A stretch of DNA of 64,000 bases from Antechinus flavipes (lineage: Eukaryota): the NCBI RefSeq assembly GCF_016432865.1, contig NC_067402.1:147932001-147996000 (forward strand). Reading direction: 5' to 3'. The position numbers were made by a program, and so were the translations under genes. Under the pieces are notes generated by a model that did not search any database, was not told where the DNA came from, and saw nothing but the letters and a program-made list of their open reading frames with translations. Positions 27,085 through 41,034 of the stretch are shown here, in pieces; within the stretch, counting starts at the first letter, position 1, and every line of letters starts with the position of its first letter.

Positions 27085-27789
27085 GCAGTCAGAAAATACT
27101 TTTATACTTCAGACTCTCTGGATACACAATAGGGATAACTGAGAATATGTGCTGGTTTAATAATCTACTTTTTAGAGCAAACAAACAAATAATCCTGTAT
27201 TTTGGGATACATTTTTCAATTAAATTTGCATTATTAATAGTTTTCTTTAAATAGAAAGTAAAATAACCTTCTGAAAGTACATATATTATTACATCATCCC
27301 TCTTATCTTCAGTTATTCTCTTATTCCCCTCTCCCTATGGTCTCTAAGTAAGATAAAATACAAATTTCTCAAGTTACAAGTTCAACTCCTCACCACTTAA
27401 CCAACCTTTCTAAACTCTTTTATACATTGTGGCCATAATGGTATATTTGCTGTTTTCTGAACATGACATTTAGTCTTCTGCCTTTATACTTTTGCATAGT
27501 ATCTCCTCCATGTCTGTAATACTTCTATCCATTTTACCTTCAATTCTTTTAATATGCAGTTTTCTTCAAAGCTCAGCACTATCACTTATTAAAAGGAACC
27601 TTTTAAATTTCTCATTAGCTTGTACTTTTTTGGATCCTTTAAATTATCTTGCATTTGTTTATGTTTTATTTATATTATATTATATTAATTTATGTATTGT
27701 AAATCCTGGTAAAAGATAAGATTTCTGAATGCCAAAATTTTTTCCCATTTTTATCTTTGGATCCTCAATTTTCATCTTTGCACATAATG

Positions 27790-28030
27790 CTTTTTCATGT
27801 TGTTTTTTAGTCATAGCTGACTTTGTGATTTTCTTGTTAAAGAGAGGAGAGATTTGCTATTTCTTTTTCCAGTTCAGTTCATTTTAAAGATGAGGATTTG
27901 AGGCAAACAGAGTTGAGTGACTTACTTAGGGTCACACACTTGTAAATGTCTGAGGCCAGATTTGAATTTAGGAAGATGAATTTTCCTGACTCTAGGCCCA
28001 GCACTCTATCCACCACACTAGCTACTAGCC
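27790..28030 (-). mobile_element. Mar1-type CORE-SINE
   Basis: cattttaaagatgaggatttgaggcaaacagagttgagtgacttacttagggtcacac...gaggccagatttgaatttagg. Confidence 0.8.
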
Positions 28031-28869
28031 CTTGCTCATGGTAGATACCTTGGAAATACTTGTTGAATTGAATGAATTAATTCAATTAATACAACAAATA
28101 TTTGAATATTTTATACAAGGCATGAGATGAGGAATATAAAGATGAATGATTCAGTTCTTGCTTTCAAGTTGCTTACAAAATAGTAAATATTTATATCCCA
28201 CATTTAAGGTTTATGAAGTGCTTTTCTCACAACTTTGAGAGGTAGGATATTATCACCTCCATTTTACAGATAAGAAAACCATGTCTTACAGAAAAGTGAT
28301 TTGTTGACAATGGGCATGGAGCTGGTAAGCTATTGGATCTGTGTTTCCAAACCTCAAATTCAGTAGATGAGCTACCCCTAAGTTATACTGTCTCTCCTTT
28401 TTATAATACTCCAAGTGCCTGCTAGAGCACTCTGGGTTCACTTGGTAGAGAATGAAGAACGCTGATTTTACAATCAGAAGACAAATTCAAGTCACATTTT
28501 ACTAGCCATCTGACTGGGGCAAAGGTTTACTTTTGTTTTAGTGTCCTTATTGATAAAATGAACATAAAATAATCTTCTTGCTAACCTCATTTATTAAACC
28601 TCAAATGATTATATAAATGTTGGTTGTAATTTTGTTATCATTAATTATGAATTATTTGTTAATGAATGTTAATGAACAAGTAATGAATAATTTTAAATTA
28701 AGAATAATAATTTTCAATGATAAATCAGCTATGTAACAAACTAAGGAACCTTAGTAACTATCCCTAAAAGCCAAACTAATTAGTTTATTGTGTCTTAGGA
28801 AGATTTTTAATATCACTCGTATGGGACTCTGAGGTTCTTTCTTGAATTAAATTGCCAAGCACCCCAACT

Positions 28870-29300
28870 CTATTGAATGTGAATCTGATGGCTGGCCATG
28901 CTGTCTGAATGCCAAATGTATGTTTGCCCAAAAGATTTTTATGGAGAAATCACAAGTAGAAAATGATCACATGGAGGTTAGAAGAGGCAATATGTGAACA
29001 CTTTCAGTGTCTCTGAAAAACTCTGAAATCAGTTCTGTGATGTGGGAGATGCTGGCACTGTCCTGCCTACCTCAAAGAAGGCACTGTGCTTCAAAAGTGA
29101 AGCAGAATTGCAGCAGATCAAAAGAAAAGTGAGATATGCAAATAGACATCTCCACTCCAAATGATCATATTTGTGCCCAATGTGTGTGCAATCTTTCAAG
29201 CTGACATTGGTCTGATCAGTCATAGTTGGATATACTGCACCTGGCACAAACAAAATGATGTCACTTTGGTCTTCTTTGAAAAGAGTAATCATCAATCATG
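28870..29300 (+). mobile_element. RTE-clade LINE 3' end (RTE1_Mars-like)
   Basis: Decayed WAGHV.RMP...LPK.LFYGEL..GKRS.GG...R..D.LK.SLK region, followed by the C-terminal zinc-finger-like DHICAQC...IFQADIGLISHSWIYC. Confidence 0.8.
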
Positions 29301-29610
29301 TAACAGGTGCCATATTAAACACTGGGTATACAAAGACAGACAAAAGATGGTCCTTGACCTGAAAGAACTCACAATCTAATAGCAGAGACAAGGTGCAAAC
29401 AATTATATGCAAGCCAAATACAAGAAAGTAATGAACAGTCTTCAAAGAACTTATAATATAAAAACATAAAAACAACTAAATCCAAATAAGATATATACAA
29501 GATAAATTGAGGTAATCAGCAAAGGGAACTAACATTAAGGGAGATCAGGAAAGGCTTCTTGGAAAAGATTGGATTTTAGTTGGGACTTGAAGGAAGCCAA
29601 GAAAGTTCTA
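29285..29610 (-). mobile_element. L2 LINE 3' fragment
   Basis: Antisense L2 tail (gtgccatattaaacactgggtatacaaagac...tccttgacctgaaagaactcacaatctaat). Confidence 0.65.
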
Positions 29611-30031
29611 GTGAATGTGGTTTTCTGTATTATAATAATAATGATCACATGGTACATTTTGTGGCTCTTTATACACTTTTCAAGGCATTTTTATATATGC
29701 CATTTATAACTTCAGTGTTTTCTTTCTGTTACCTTCAAGATCTCATGAAGACAATTGATGGGCTGTTTTTTCCTTCTCTGTAAACAGATACATTGTATTA
29801 ACTAGGATTGTTTTCTATTAATGTTCATTTTCTTGGCAACTTCCTATTAAGAGTACCTAGCAAGACAATTTATATATTCCTCTTAGTCCTTAGTTAAGTC
29901 AAGGACTTTGTTTTCTTTGTATTCACTAAAACTTTTTCTTTGCACCTGATAGACTTGCCCCACACTAAGAATCAAGCAATAAATATAAACGGAAGATGAA
30001 CTGATCGATGACAAGCAGCTACCTGCAAGAA

Positions 30032-30080
30032 GTGTGTGTATGTGTGAGTGTGTGTGTGTGTCTGTGAGTAATGTGTGTGT
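30032..30080. repeat. Imperfect (TG)n microsatellite
   Basis: Direct inspection. Confidence 0.85.
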
Positions 30081-32479
30081 TAAATCTCCTTTATGTAACT
30101 GTGTTGATTTTTATACCCAATCTTTTTTTTTTTTTTAAACTGAAGTCTGACCAAATTTTTGCTAGCGAGCTATATTTTTGACCTGAAGGGTAAAACCCAG
30201 GGTAAAATGACAAGGAATTCGTGTCTCAACAAACTGAACCATATTTTCCTCCTTTGACCCTGTTACAAAATATCTTTCTCCCAGCTTTTCCCATTATCGA
30301 TTTCACTCATCAATGAACAGGGAATTAGTAATCAATCTGAGTTTAGTGATGGGTCATATACTGAATATCTTTTAATTTTAGTCTGGTGTTGCCTTTCACT
30401 CAGTATTTTATCAATTATTTATCATAAATTTATCATTATGAATTCTAATATACTCCTTGTCTTCCTTGGTTCCTAAAGTAATCTTAGATATAATACTGGC
30501 AACTTTTAAAGATGTCTGATGATTTTAAAAAATATTAATTTTTTATTATTACATATTTTTAGGAAAAAGGTCAATATATTTAGTATAATTTTTAAAAGAG
30601 ATAGAGCAATAATTCATTTTCTTTCACATTCACAAATAAGGTGCTAAAAAATATAATCTCCCCTGCATATTAAACTGCTTAAAGCAAAAGGCTAAGGTAG
30701 TTATCTTTGAAATAGTCCCTTAGCAGTAATGCCACATACGTGCTTGCTGCCTTGAGCAAAATGTGTTGTAGAACTTTTTGAGTATGGGAATAATTTCAAG
30801 GAATAGTTAATTATTTTGCAACTTTAAAATCAACCAATAGCATACTTATATCTTGAACTAGAAGAAACTGTGTATATGCATGTGTATAAACATATATACA
30901 TATATATACAATACACACCCATGTATACCTATCAATTTTTTTTTTCTTATAGTGTATCAGAAACTGTACCTGGAAAGCAGACCAATGATCACATTTGCCA
31001 GAACTTATCCACAGGTAAGAAATCAATGATAGTTTTAAAAGGGACAAGACATATATAATTCATTGAGAAGAGGTACTTTTCCTTTCCAGACATTTAGAAT
31101 GGAGGAAAGTCAAGTATCTCAAATTTAAGTACTGAGAAAATAGTTTTGTTTTCTAAATGATAGTTGCCTCTTTGCCAATTAATTTTTGTCATGAATTATT
31201 TCAAGTTCCAAATCATTTTTCTCCCCCTCTTCCTTTGAGGTTAAGGGGCCCATGGCAAAAAAAAAAAAAGGAGTTCCATATGGTGATATCAAAATATAAT
31301 GGCTGTTTTCAGATGTAAAGATTGTGGGAGATAACAGTTCTTGGTTTTGGGTAGAGTTCTGGAAAAAAGGGAACCTTTTTTTTCCCTGCCTATCTTCTTT
31401 TTTTCTGTCTCTTTAATTGAATCCTTAGTCTCATTATTTGTAAAAAGAAATGGTCATACTTGCTCTTATCTAGCTGACAAAAATCTTTTTTTGGGGAAAA
31501 CACTTTAAAGATTTCAATAGGTTGTTATTATTGTAAGCTCTTTGAGGGCAGAGATTGACATTCCTTTTTGTATCCCCAGCCATTCTTATAGCAGTACCTT
31601 ATACTGCCAGCATACCATAAACATTTTTCATGGCTCAACTCTTAGTTATTTCCACATACACACATCTAACTTTAGGACTTTTTCTCTGATTTCCTTTAAT
31701 TTATTTTTGTTTTTTTTTCCTTCTATACTCTTTAAGTATATCTGAGCAAACTATTCACTCGCACTTTATAAAGTGTCTTCCCTCTGTTGATGACTTTCCA
31801 ATCTATATCTCCAAATCTACTTTTCCCAAAGAGCCATCTAAGTTTCCAATGGCCAGTTGGGATTTTCAACTTGGATATTCTGCCATTACTTCTTACTCTA
31901 GAGTTCTAAAAGTGAACTCATCTATTTTTCAGGCTAGCTCATTTCCAGAATCACATTATCTTAGAGATGGAAAGGCCATAGAGATGACCCAAACAGTTAT
32001 ATTATAGATGAAGGGGCTGAGATCTAGATGACTAAGTGATTTGCTCAAAGTTTGTCAGTGCCTGAGCGTCTGAAACTTTTTATTTCTGTCAACAGCACCA
32101 CAATTCTTCTAAGAACCTAAACTTTAACTTTCAAGTATCTTTTTTGATATTTCCCCTTTCCTTCTTGATCTATGTCCAATAGGTTGCCAAGCTGTGATGA
32201 ATCTGCCTTCAAAATGTCTCTTGTTTTTGCCACACCTTTTTTTTTTCCTATCGCAACCACTCCAGTGCCAATTCTATTCATTTTGTCTCTGCATTATTGT
32301 AAGAATTTCAAGTCTCTTTCTCCTCCAATTCATTTTATATACTGCTTGAAACACTGTCACTATGCCATTCCCTTGTTCAAAAATGTTTTGGGTCACCCTC
32401 TTGTTTTGGGATTAAAATAAATGCTTTAACTCAAAAACTTCAGAGAAGTGCAAATTAAAATAACTTTGCAGTACCGTTT

Positions 32480-32900
32480 CCTATACTTCAAACTGACAAA
32501 AAAAATTAGGCAACTGATGCTAGCTAGATTGTGGTGGAATAGGTATATTTAGTCACTGATAGTAAAACTGAAAATTTGCAATTTTATTGTGCTGAAACAT
32601 CACACAGTAAAAAATGGCAAAGATAAAGAATCCTTTGACAATAATTCTATTCTAGGGCATATTCTGCGATATATATAATTAAAAACAAAAAAGTTATCTG
32701 TTCACATTTTTTCATAGATGTATTGTAAATAATTGCAAATAACTGAAAGCAAACAGTGTCCAGTAACAAGGAAATGATTTGATACATTATGGTTTATTCA
32801 TATGAAGGAATACCACAATGTAATTAATCATGAGTAATATAAAGAAGTGAGAAATTATTTTTATGAAATAATGTAAAACAAAAACAAAACAAAATAAAAT
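32480..32900 (+). mobile_element. Old L1 ORF2 3' fragment
   Basis: Decayed L1 ORF2 C-terminal region (cctttgacaataattctattctagggcatatt...aaatgatttgatacattatggtttattcatatgaaggaatacc). Confidence 0.6.
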
Positions 32901-34084
32901 ATCTAGAATCAAAACAATGAGGTACAAATCTTAATCACATAAAAGGAGAAAATAAGAATGAAAATAAATGAATACATATTTATTTTATTATTATTATATT
33001 TATTATATGCTATCTAAATAAATAAATGCATATTTTGATGAAAACTTGGAAAGGCTAAAAATTATTGTATTAAAAATTCAGCATATAAAGATATACTGAA
33101 ATTAACTCAAATGTAAATTGTTACTAATAAAATTTATCACAATGCTGTTGAATATTATTTTAATAAAGTATTAAATATGATCAAATAACTCACTTTCATA
33201 TTTAAAATCTTATATAAGATTATGCCATAATATCCATATAATTTTATATCTTACAATTCGCACATAAAAAGATTTCATATTAGTCAAGTCCTGTATGACA
33301 TAGTGATGAAAAGCTGACCTTAGTGTTAAGAGGATCTGGATTCAAGTCAAGATGTGCTAGAGACAACTTTTACTAGCTTGAGAGAGCCATTTTTCCCATT
33401 GTTAAAATATTCATCAGCACATTTCTCTTTTGTTCTCCACATATTGGTTGAAATAAACAGGGATTAGGTAGAAGGCTTAGGGAATGAAGTAATCATTAGA
33501 TTTAAAGCCTGGTGACTATAGGCTAATCATCATAATACAAATAGCTGGCATTATAAAATTTTTTAAGATTTGCGAAGTATTTTCTCCATTATTTCAATAG
33601 AACCTTAAAATATCCTAGTTCAGATTCTGCCTCCAAAATATACTGTCTTTATAATCTTGGACAGATAATTTAACTAATCTGGTTTTAGGCAAATCACTAA
33701 GATTATAAATTATCAAAGAGATTCTGACCTGCATTGGTTGAAAGAATTTTCTACCTGAGGGTTTTTTGCACCAATAAAATCATATTCTTATCCTCCACAA
33801 TATCATGGGGTCCAAAACAAGAGATACTCAATAAATGCTTGTAGAAAGGAAATTTAATAGTGTTAAATCAAGCCACCTTGGGGCTCGTTAGGGTCTGTCT
33901 TTTTATCATTTGACAAGCATGTACACAGCCCTACTCAGAAAGAGATAACTTCAGTCTACTCTTTCTGCTTCTCATTATAAGGTATCTAGGGAATACTATA
34001 CCACTAATAGCATCTTTTGCAGCATATGATTCATCTGGAAATCTTAAAGCAAAGTTTCCAGTGTTATCAATAGAGATGAGTTTT

Positions 34085-34330
34085 TTGTTTTTTGTTGTTG
34101 TTTGGTCATTTTTCAGCTGTGTTTGACTCTGCGACCTAATTTGGGTTTTCTTGGCAAAGACACTGAAATGGTTTGCCATTTCCTTCTCCAGATCATTTTA
34201 ACAGATAAGGAAATTTAAGTGACTTGTCTAAGGTCATATAGCTAGTAAGTGTCTGAGGCCAAATTGGAACTCTTAGATATGAGTTTTCCTGATTCCAGGA
34301 CTCATAGTCTATCCATTGCATCAACTAAAT
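34085..34330 (-). mobile_element. Mar1-type CORE-SINE
   Basis: ttggcaaagacactgaaatggtttgccatttccttctccagatcattttaacagataagg...gtgtctgaggccaaattggaactc. Confidence 0.8.
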
Positions 34331-37300
34331 CACTTGTTACATGCAAGCAAAACAGATTTACTAGAATACAAATGTTGAACTTTCACTTAATTAGAATCTC
34401 TTTCCCTAACTTTTAAGAGAGGAAAACAAAGCACAAGAAAATATGCAGTTATGTGGGATGGATTATCAAGAAAAAAACAATAAAAATGTCAATATTGTAT
34501 CCTAGATTTAGTTTTGTTCTAGCTAACTTGTATCTTGTAACTTGTACCTGTAACTAGAGCATTTTATAGTGAACAGGAATGTTCAGAATCATGACCTGGA
34601 GGCATTATGGCATTTTCAGTCAAATAATAAATATGTAGAACTAGATTAAATTTCCTCAAACGCATAGTGCTGATTATGCTATTCATTTGATCAAAAATCT
34701 GGAATAGGTCCTGAAGAAAATATAAGCTTCTTAGTCTGGCATTCAGAACTTTCAACAATCTGATTCTATTCTACCTTTCCTAATTTATTTTAAGCTAATC
34801 CCTCTTAGATACTTTATAACCCAACTAAATTGGACTATCTGCGATTCCTCTATGTGGCTGGTGTTTTCCTAACTTGGCTTTGATCCTATGTCTTGAATAC
34901 CTTCCTTGCTACATTTTCCATTTAAAATTGTATCTATATCCTTCAAGACTGCTCAATTGTGTTTTTCTCCATGAAGCTTTCTAGGATCACTGAGGTTAAA
35001 AATGATCTATCTGTCTCTTCGACTTCATAACTTTGCACTTATTCATATATATCGCATTATATTCCATATCATGGTAATTTTGTGTATATGTTGTATCTAT
35101 CTATATTTACCAAGACTAGGAATTCCAGCTTACTTATTTTTGTATCATTACTAACCAGTGTGTTTGGTTGTGGTGAGAGTTAGCCCATCTTATATGTAAT
35201 GTGAGTGTCAAGGACCTGGGAAGAAACAGGGGTGATAGTCAGTGAATAGAGCTCATATCCAACAACTAGGAGTTGATCATTGTTGAAAATTGCTGAATAC
35301 AAATTATAATATTAGTTGACATTTTAAAAATGATTTAAGTTTTGCAAACATGTTATCTATATTTTCTCATTTGAATAAGAAAACAATATTTTAAATCAGT
35401 CTGCCCTTCAATATTCATACATGTGGACTACAAAGTTATCAGTAGCATTGTCTAAAATGATAGAAAACCAAACAAGATATATGTATATTTGTGCATCTTT
35501 AATAAATGTGAATGAAATGGTTTTCATCAACTATTTATCTGACACTTAATTTTTCTATGCCAAGTGGCTTACAATTATCAATATTAACTATTTCTCACCA
35601 TAGCCTTACTAGCCAAGGTTGAAATGTATTAGAATAATAACAATTATTGCAAAACACACAGGAAATATTAAATACTACAAAATGCTACAACAGCATCATT
35701 ATGAATTGAGAATCTCAATTCCCTGAATCTATTTTGTTCTGTCTACTGTGCTATCATGCCCAGATAGATACAATTTTGCAAGAGTCATTAAGGGAGAACT
35801 GAGAAGAAAATATAGGTATAATAATTATATATAATTAAATTTATGTTTAATTTCTAAATAATTTCTAAAACTACTTAATAATGTGTTGCAAGAAAAACAA
35901 ATTTCCCAATACAATATAGATGTACCCTTGGTAAAAAGAAAATTTAATATAGAGCAATTAAGTTTTTTAAATATAAAGAAAGTCACATTAACAAAATAAT
36001 GTCTTAATATCCCTTTAAATAGTGAGATGCAGCCATTAGTAAAATGAAAGTGTCATTCAACATATATCTCTAAATTAAGAGCAAAAAAAGAGATTCATCT
36101 AACTTCTTATACTTTTATATATTGAAATATTTAATGTCTACAGAGTTCTACTTCTATCCTCTACTCCAATGGCTCATTTGAGTTTGGAGGTAACCTGGAA
36201 AGATTTTGCCAACTAAACACATCTTCTGCCAGACCTACCAAGCTTCAAGAACAAACTCAAGGTGAGATGGTATCGCTGTTATGTGCAGACAAACCCAGGT
36301 ACAGAGGGTTTCTTTATCAGACTGACAACCAGGCAAGAATTTTTTGAACGTATCTCACAGAACACTAACCAAGGGAGAAAGTGGTTCTTTGTGTTGGTGG
36401 ATGGAATATCGACAGGATCACAGATTTAGAGATCAAAAGAATCTTGGAGGCTGAGTCAAACTCCTAATTTTACAGATGAAGAAACTGTGGCACAGAAAAA
36501 TGAACTGATTTGCCAAAGAGGACTCAATCAGTGAATATTTGGAAAAGGATTTAAACCCAAGTTTTCCTGACTCCAAATTCAGGATTATGTGATAATGTTC
36601 CAATATGTTTGCAAACACATTGCTAAACCACAAATTCTTGAAGTATTAAATTTAGAATTCTGGCTTTGCTACTTAATTACCTGACTGGATTTGAGCAAAT
36701 CATCTCACTTTTCTGGGTTTTAATTCCCTCAATTTTAAAATGGGGAAGGAAAGATGTGAGAATGAGTTCTAGAACTATCAGAATTCTTTGCAGCGGAAGG
36801 GTTGATTGTGACTTGCCCAGGACTACATGACTAATGTTTGAGGTGGGATTTGATCTCAAATTTCCCTGACTCCAAGTGTACTGCCTTATCTGCTTTACCA
36901 CAATGCTTCTAGGAGGTAGATTTGATGATACCTAAGGTCCATTTCAGGGTGATTTTGGTCAGCCTGATCTGAAACAAGATGTGTGAAGTTGATGGAAGAA
37001 AAGGGCATTATATGGAACTGCAAAGTATGTGTGTGGGTTGGGAAGGGATTGTCTCCTGTGTTTATTTTTTATTTTTTCACAAATTGATGAAAGAACTAAT
37101 TAGGGATACATTACCTTCCATATTATTTTTGATCCATAAATATCTCTGAAGGATGGCTCATAGTTGCTTTGTATTAGTGATTTGCACCAAAGTCAAGAAA
37201 CTGAATTTTGTTACAAAAATGGCAATCCCATATGCAATTCTATTCCTCACTATTTCAATGAATTTAATGTACCTATTTCAGATACAGTCTCCTATTTAAA

Positions 37301-39379
37301 ATTATATGTGTTCCAGAAAGTCATTGATTTAGAACTTAGCCTAAACAGTGTACCAAGAAGGATATATTCCCAGGCAAGGCCACAAAAGCTTTTTAACCTA
37401 TAATATACTTGAAAAATAACCATATTTGGGACTTGTAATATTAGAGATTTAGAATGTTAGGTACAAACCCTCCTTTTTCTTTCTCCTTTCTCATATCATA
37501 CTTGAAAACACTGGCAAGTTGTGATTGAATCCTTCTACCTCAAAGTAGTAGTAACAATAATCACTGTGACTGTGGAATAAGCTAGATTTCTCTTTCCTGC
37601 CTCTCTGATCTAAAAATCTCTACAGATTTTTACCATCTGTCAAATTGAGAATTCTCTCTGCCTCTTGGGAACTATCTCTTGCCTTGTGGGATCTCTATCA
37701 TCTAGATAACATGGGGAATGTCTTATGAAAGGAGAAGCCCATTATTTTTGCCATCTTAGGCTGCTACACATTAGATGATGTTTACATGTTGATTGTGAAT
37801 CATGAATTATCTATTGTATAAACTTCTAACACTGAAACTTTGCTACCTAGTATTTAATTTAGTGACCACTCCAGAGCTTTTTTTCTTAGAGATCTTAAAG
37901 TGTTTTGAAAATTATTTGCAAATACTAGATTAATTAAACTCTTAGATATTGCCATTTATATGTACAAGATTCACTTCATTCTAGGCACTGAAAAACCGTG
38001 ACACACAAATAGTGCTGTGGTCCTCTCCATTGGTGCAGCAATGGCAGTTGGATGGGGGTGGCTTGATAACCCCTACTCATGATCCTGCCAAAACATTTAT
38101 GCCAGGTGGCTATAGGCGAATATGAACAACAACAACAAAAAAAGCCAAAGCCTCGGGCTAGTTTGAACCAGACAAATTATTAACTCCCCAGTACACCACT
38201 TCATTTTGGCTTCCTAACCTAATACAGAATTTTCTGGCCCTTAATCAATGCTAACTGGTTTTCCTGCTAATCTCAGCCACTTGGATTTTGGTGCTCCACA
38301 GATACCCTGGTAGCAATCCACTTGGATTTGGGGTATGCTTTTCTCTTACTCTAGCCCTTAGTACCTGTGTGAAACATGGTACTTAATAAATGTTTATTGA
38401 TTAATTGATTGAAAAGTTGGATATCTCTTTGATCCCAGGGAGAGATCAACTCTTTTTCTGCCCAAGAATTTGCTTCATCATTGATCCAGGCCTCAGGTGG
38501 AACAGAATACTTAAGAGTCTGGTTCTTAAGCTCCAGATTAATATCATGGAATGTGGTGACTTTGAAACTATTTCTGTATTCACAGATAGGGCCTTTCTTT
38601 GTTCCTATGGGACACTACTTGAAGAAACAGTAATTCGCAATTCCAAAGGCAAAGACTCCTGGGGTAGTTAATGAGCCCACACAGATTTCCCAATTCATTT
38701 AATCATTTCAGTGACTTAATAAAGAGTTTTTCCCCTCCCTCTTACATTAAGTTCCAACATATTCTTTATGAATCTCCCAGAATTATTTGAAATAAAGCCA
38801 CATGGTAGGTCCAGAATTTTTTTTTTTTTGAGAAAAGAGAAATAGAATTTTTGCTCTGCTTTGAGCTGAAGTCTTTCTATTAGATTTCCCCAATGAATAT
38901 TGTACAACTGTCTTAATAAAATCTGATTTTCCTTTTTCACTGGAGTATTACTCTTAATAAATGGCCTGACTTTACTTTTTATTTCATAGATAGCTTTCTT
39001 TTGCACTATAATATATTTTGGAAGACAAGCACTTACAAAGATATGAGAAAATGACAATTCCAATTTTTAGAAACATTGGCAGGAAATGATTGGGATAGGA
39101 TATATTTGGCATCACCACTTGGTCTGGCAAAAGAAGCATTTAGCAGCATGGGTTGGCTAAATAATTCACTGTCCTAGAGACTAACCCTATTTTAGGGAGA
39201 ATATTACATTTATGCTATAACCAAGAGGGGCTTCAATAATGGAGAAAAGCTTTTTAGAAAAAAGTCAGAGAAATTGCCTTGAAAAAAACTTTGCAGAAGT
39301 TAAAAGTTGAAAATAATCTACTTAGAAGAGGCCGCAGGAAGAGAGGTACAATAAAATATATACTATTAGTAAATCTATA

Positions 39380-39800
39380 AATTGATCCAACCATTATAGA
39401 AAACAATTTATAACTGTGCTAGAAAAGTGATTAAACTGTTCATACTTTTTGACTGGGGATATCAATAGCCAGGCATGGGTCCCAAATATAATAAAATATT
39501 CACAGCAACATTTTATATTTTTATTGAAGTAACAAGAAACTGGAAACAAATTGGGTACTGATTAGGGATATTAATGTGATAGAATGATACTAAACTGTAA
39601 GATATCACAAATATGAGGAACTTGGAGAGATCAACCTTGATTCCAGGGGAGTGATGATTAAATATACCTCTCTTCATCTAGTGAAGAGGTGAAAGACTAT
39701 AGGTGAGGAATGGGACATGCACTGTCAGACATTGTCAATGTCTTAGAGAGTTGCCTTTATTCATTAAGGAGGTTTCATAACCAGGAGTTCTTTATAATAA
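39380..39800 (+). mobile_element. Old marsupial L1 ORF2-end/3'UTR fragment
   Basis: cattatagaaaacaatttataactgtgc...catactttttgac...attcacagcaac...ctggaaac...aatgtgatagaatgatac. Confidence 0.6.
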
Positions 39801-40846
39801 TTTATAATAATAAAAAAACATACAAATGAACAAGAAACCATGTTGGAGATGATAAAGAAGCTGGGTATTAGGATAAGAAGTAATAATGAGTGATGTCATA
39901 ATGAATAATAATAAGTAAGTAATCATTATAGAAATAAGAGTTAGTATGAGTCACATCTATGAAGTATACAATGTAGTGGAGACACAGAAATACTGGTTTT
40001 CATTTTAAGATAATTCCTGAAAAACCAGTCCAGTACAAAAATGTCTCAAGGCATGAAACTGTAGTTGTATCTCTCTAGACAGTTGTATAAATGCAGAAGC
40101 AACAGTAGAAATGTGAATTGGTCCAATACATAAGTTATTGGAATGTAAAGTTAATTGAATCTTATCTGCAAGGCTATCATTTAATAACCTATTTTCTTTA
40201 TAATTTTTTTTTCAAAATAACATACAGCTAAATGGTATGGTAAAAATTAGCTAAGAGTTTTGAATTTTTTGAAGAAAATGTGGCAAATTGTTCATGGAGA
40301 TATCTCAATGAAACACATTGCTTTCAGCTTATTGTATTGTTGAGTAAGGGGGTGGGGTGGGAAATAAGATTCAGAATTGGATAACCTTCATAAAGCTTGA
40401 TGGGCAACCTGCCATGAAGTCAGGCCATTTGGCAACATTTCTAGGGCCAGTAGTCTTCCCTCCTCCATCCTACTGACTAACAAAAAACTATTCCAAAGAC
40501 TGTACTGCATAAATGCCTGATTGCCTTTTAAAGTAATCCAATCCAGGGCCCAGAGGGATTGAATGAAGTTACTAAATTGAGGTACTCTGGCCAGATTTTG
40601 TGCAAAGTTCAATATACCATATCTCCTTTTCCTTCTTCAAAGAAATTCTGGTAATATCTCTAGTCATAATAGCACATCAAATAAGGTTTTCTATCTCCAT
40701 TTTCCAATAACACCCACTCACAAATGACATCCTTACTAATTATGTACTCTTAAATACTGAATATTGGACAATATAAAAATATCCATAAAAATCTACTATG
40801 AATAAGGGAGCATTAAACAGTTAAAACCATATGAAAACAAAGTTTA

Positions 40847-41034
40847 NNNNNNNNNNNNNNNNNNNNNNNNNNNNNNNNNNNNNNNNNNNNNNNNNNNNNN
40901 NNNNNNNNNNNNNNNNNNNNNNNNNNNNNNNNNNNNNNNNNNNNNNNNNNNNNNNNNNNNNNNNNNNNNNNNNNNNNNNNNNNNNNNNNNNNNNNNNNNN
41001 NNNNNNNNNNNNNNNNNNNNNNNNNNNNNNNNNN
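40847..41034. other. Assembly gap (188 N)
   Basis: Run of N. Confidence 1.

Noticed and set aside
33931-34179. 82-aa minus-strand ORF with a protein-like middle (IDNTGNFALRFPDESYAAKDAISG)
   Set aside because: The N-terminal half derives from a Mar1 SINE and no family was recognised for the remainder.
36144-36261. Possible plus-strand (antisense) 118-nt exon ending at a strong donor caag|gtgaga
   Set aside because: Poor acceptor context and no other supporting exon; such pairs are common by chance in 64 kb.
38095-38118. gccaggtggc as a CTCF site
   Set aside because: Only the 3' half of the motif matches; the 5' CCA/CCG positions are missing.
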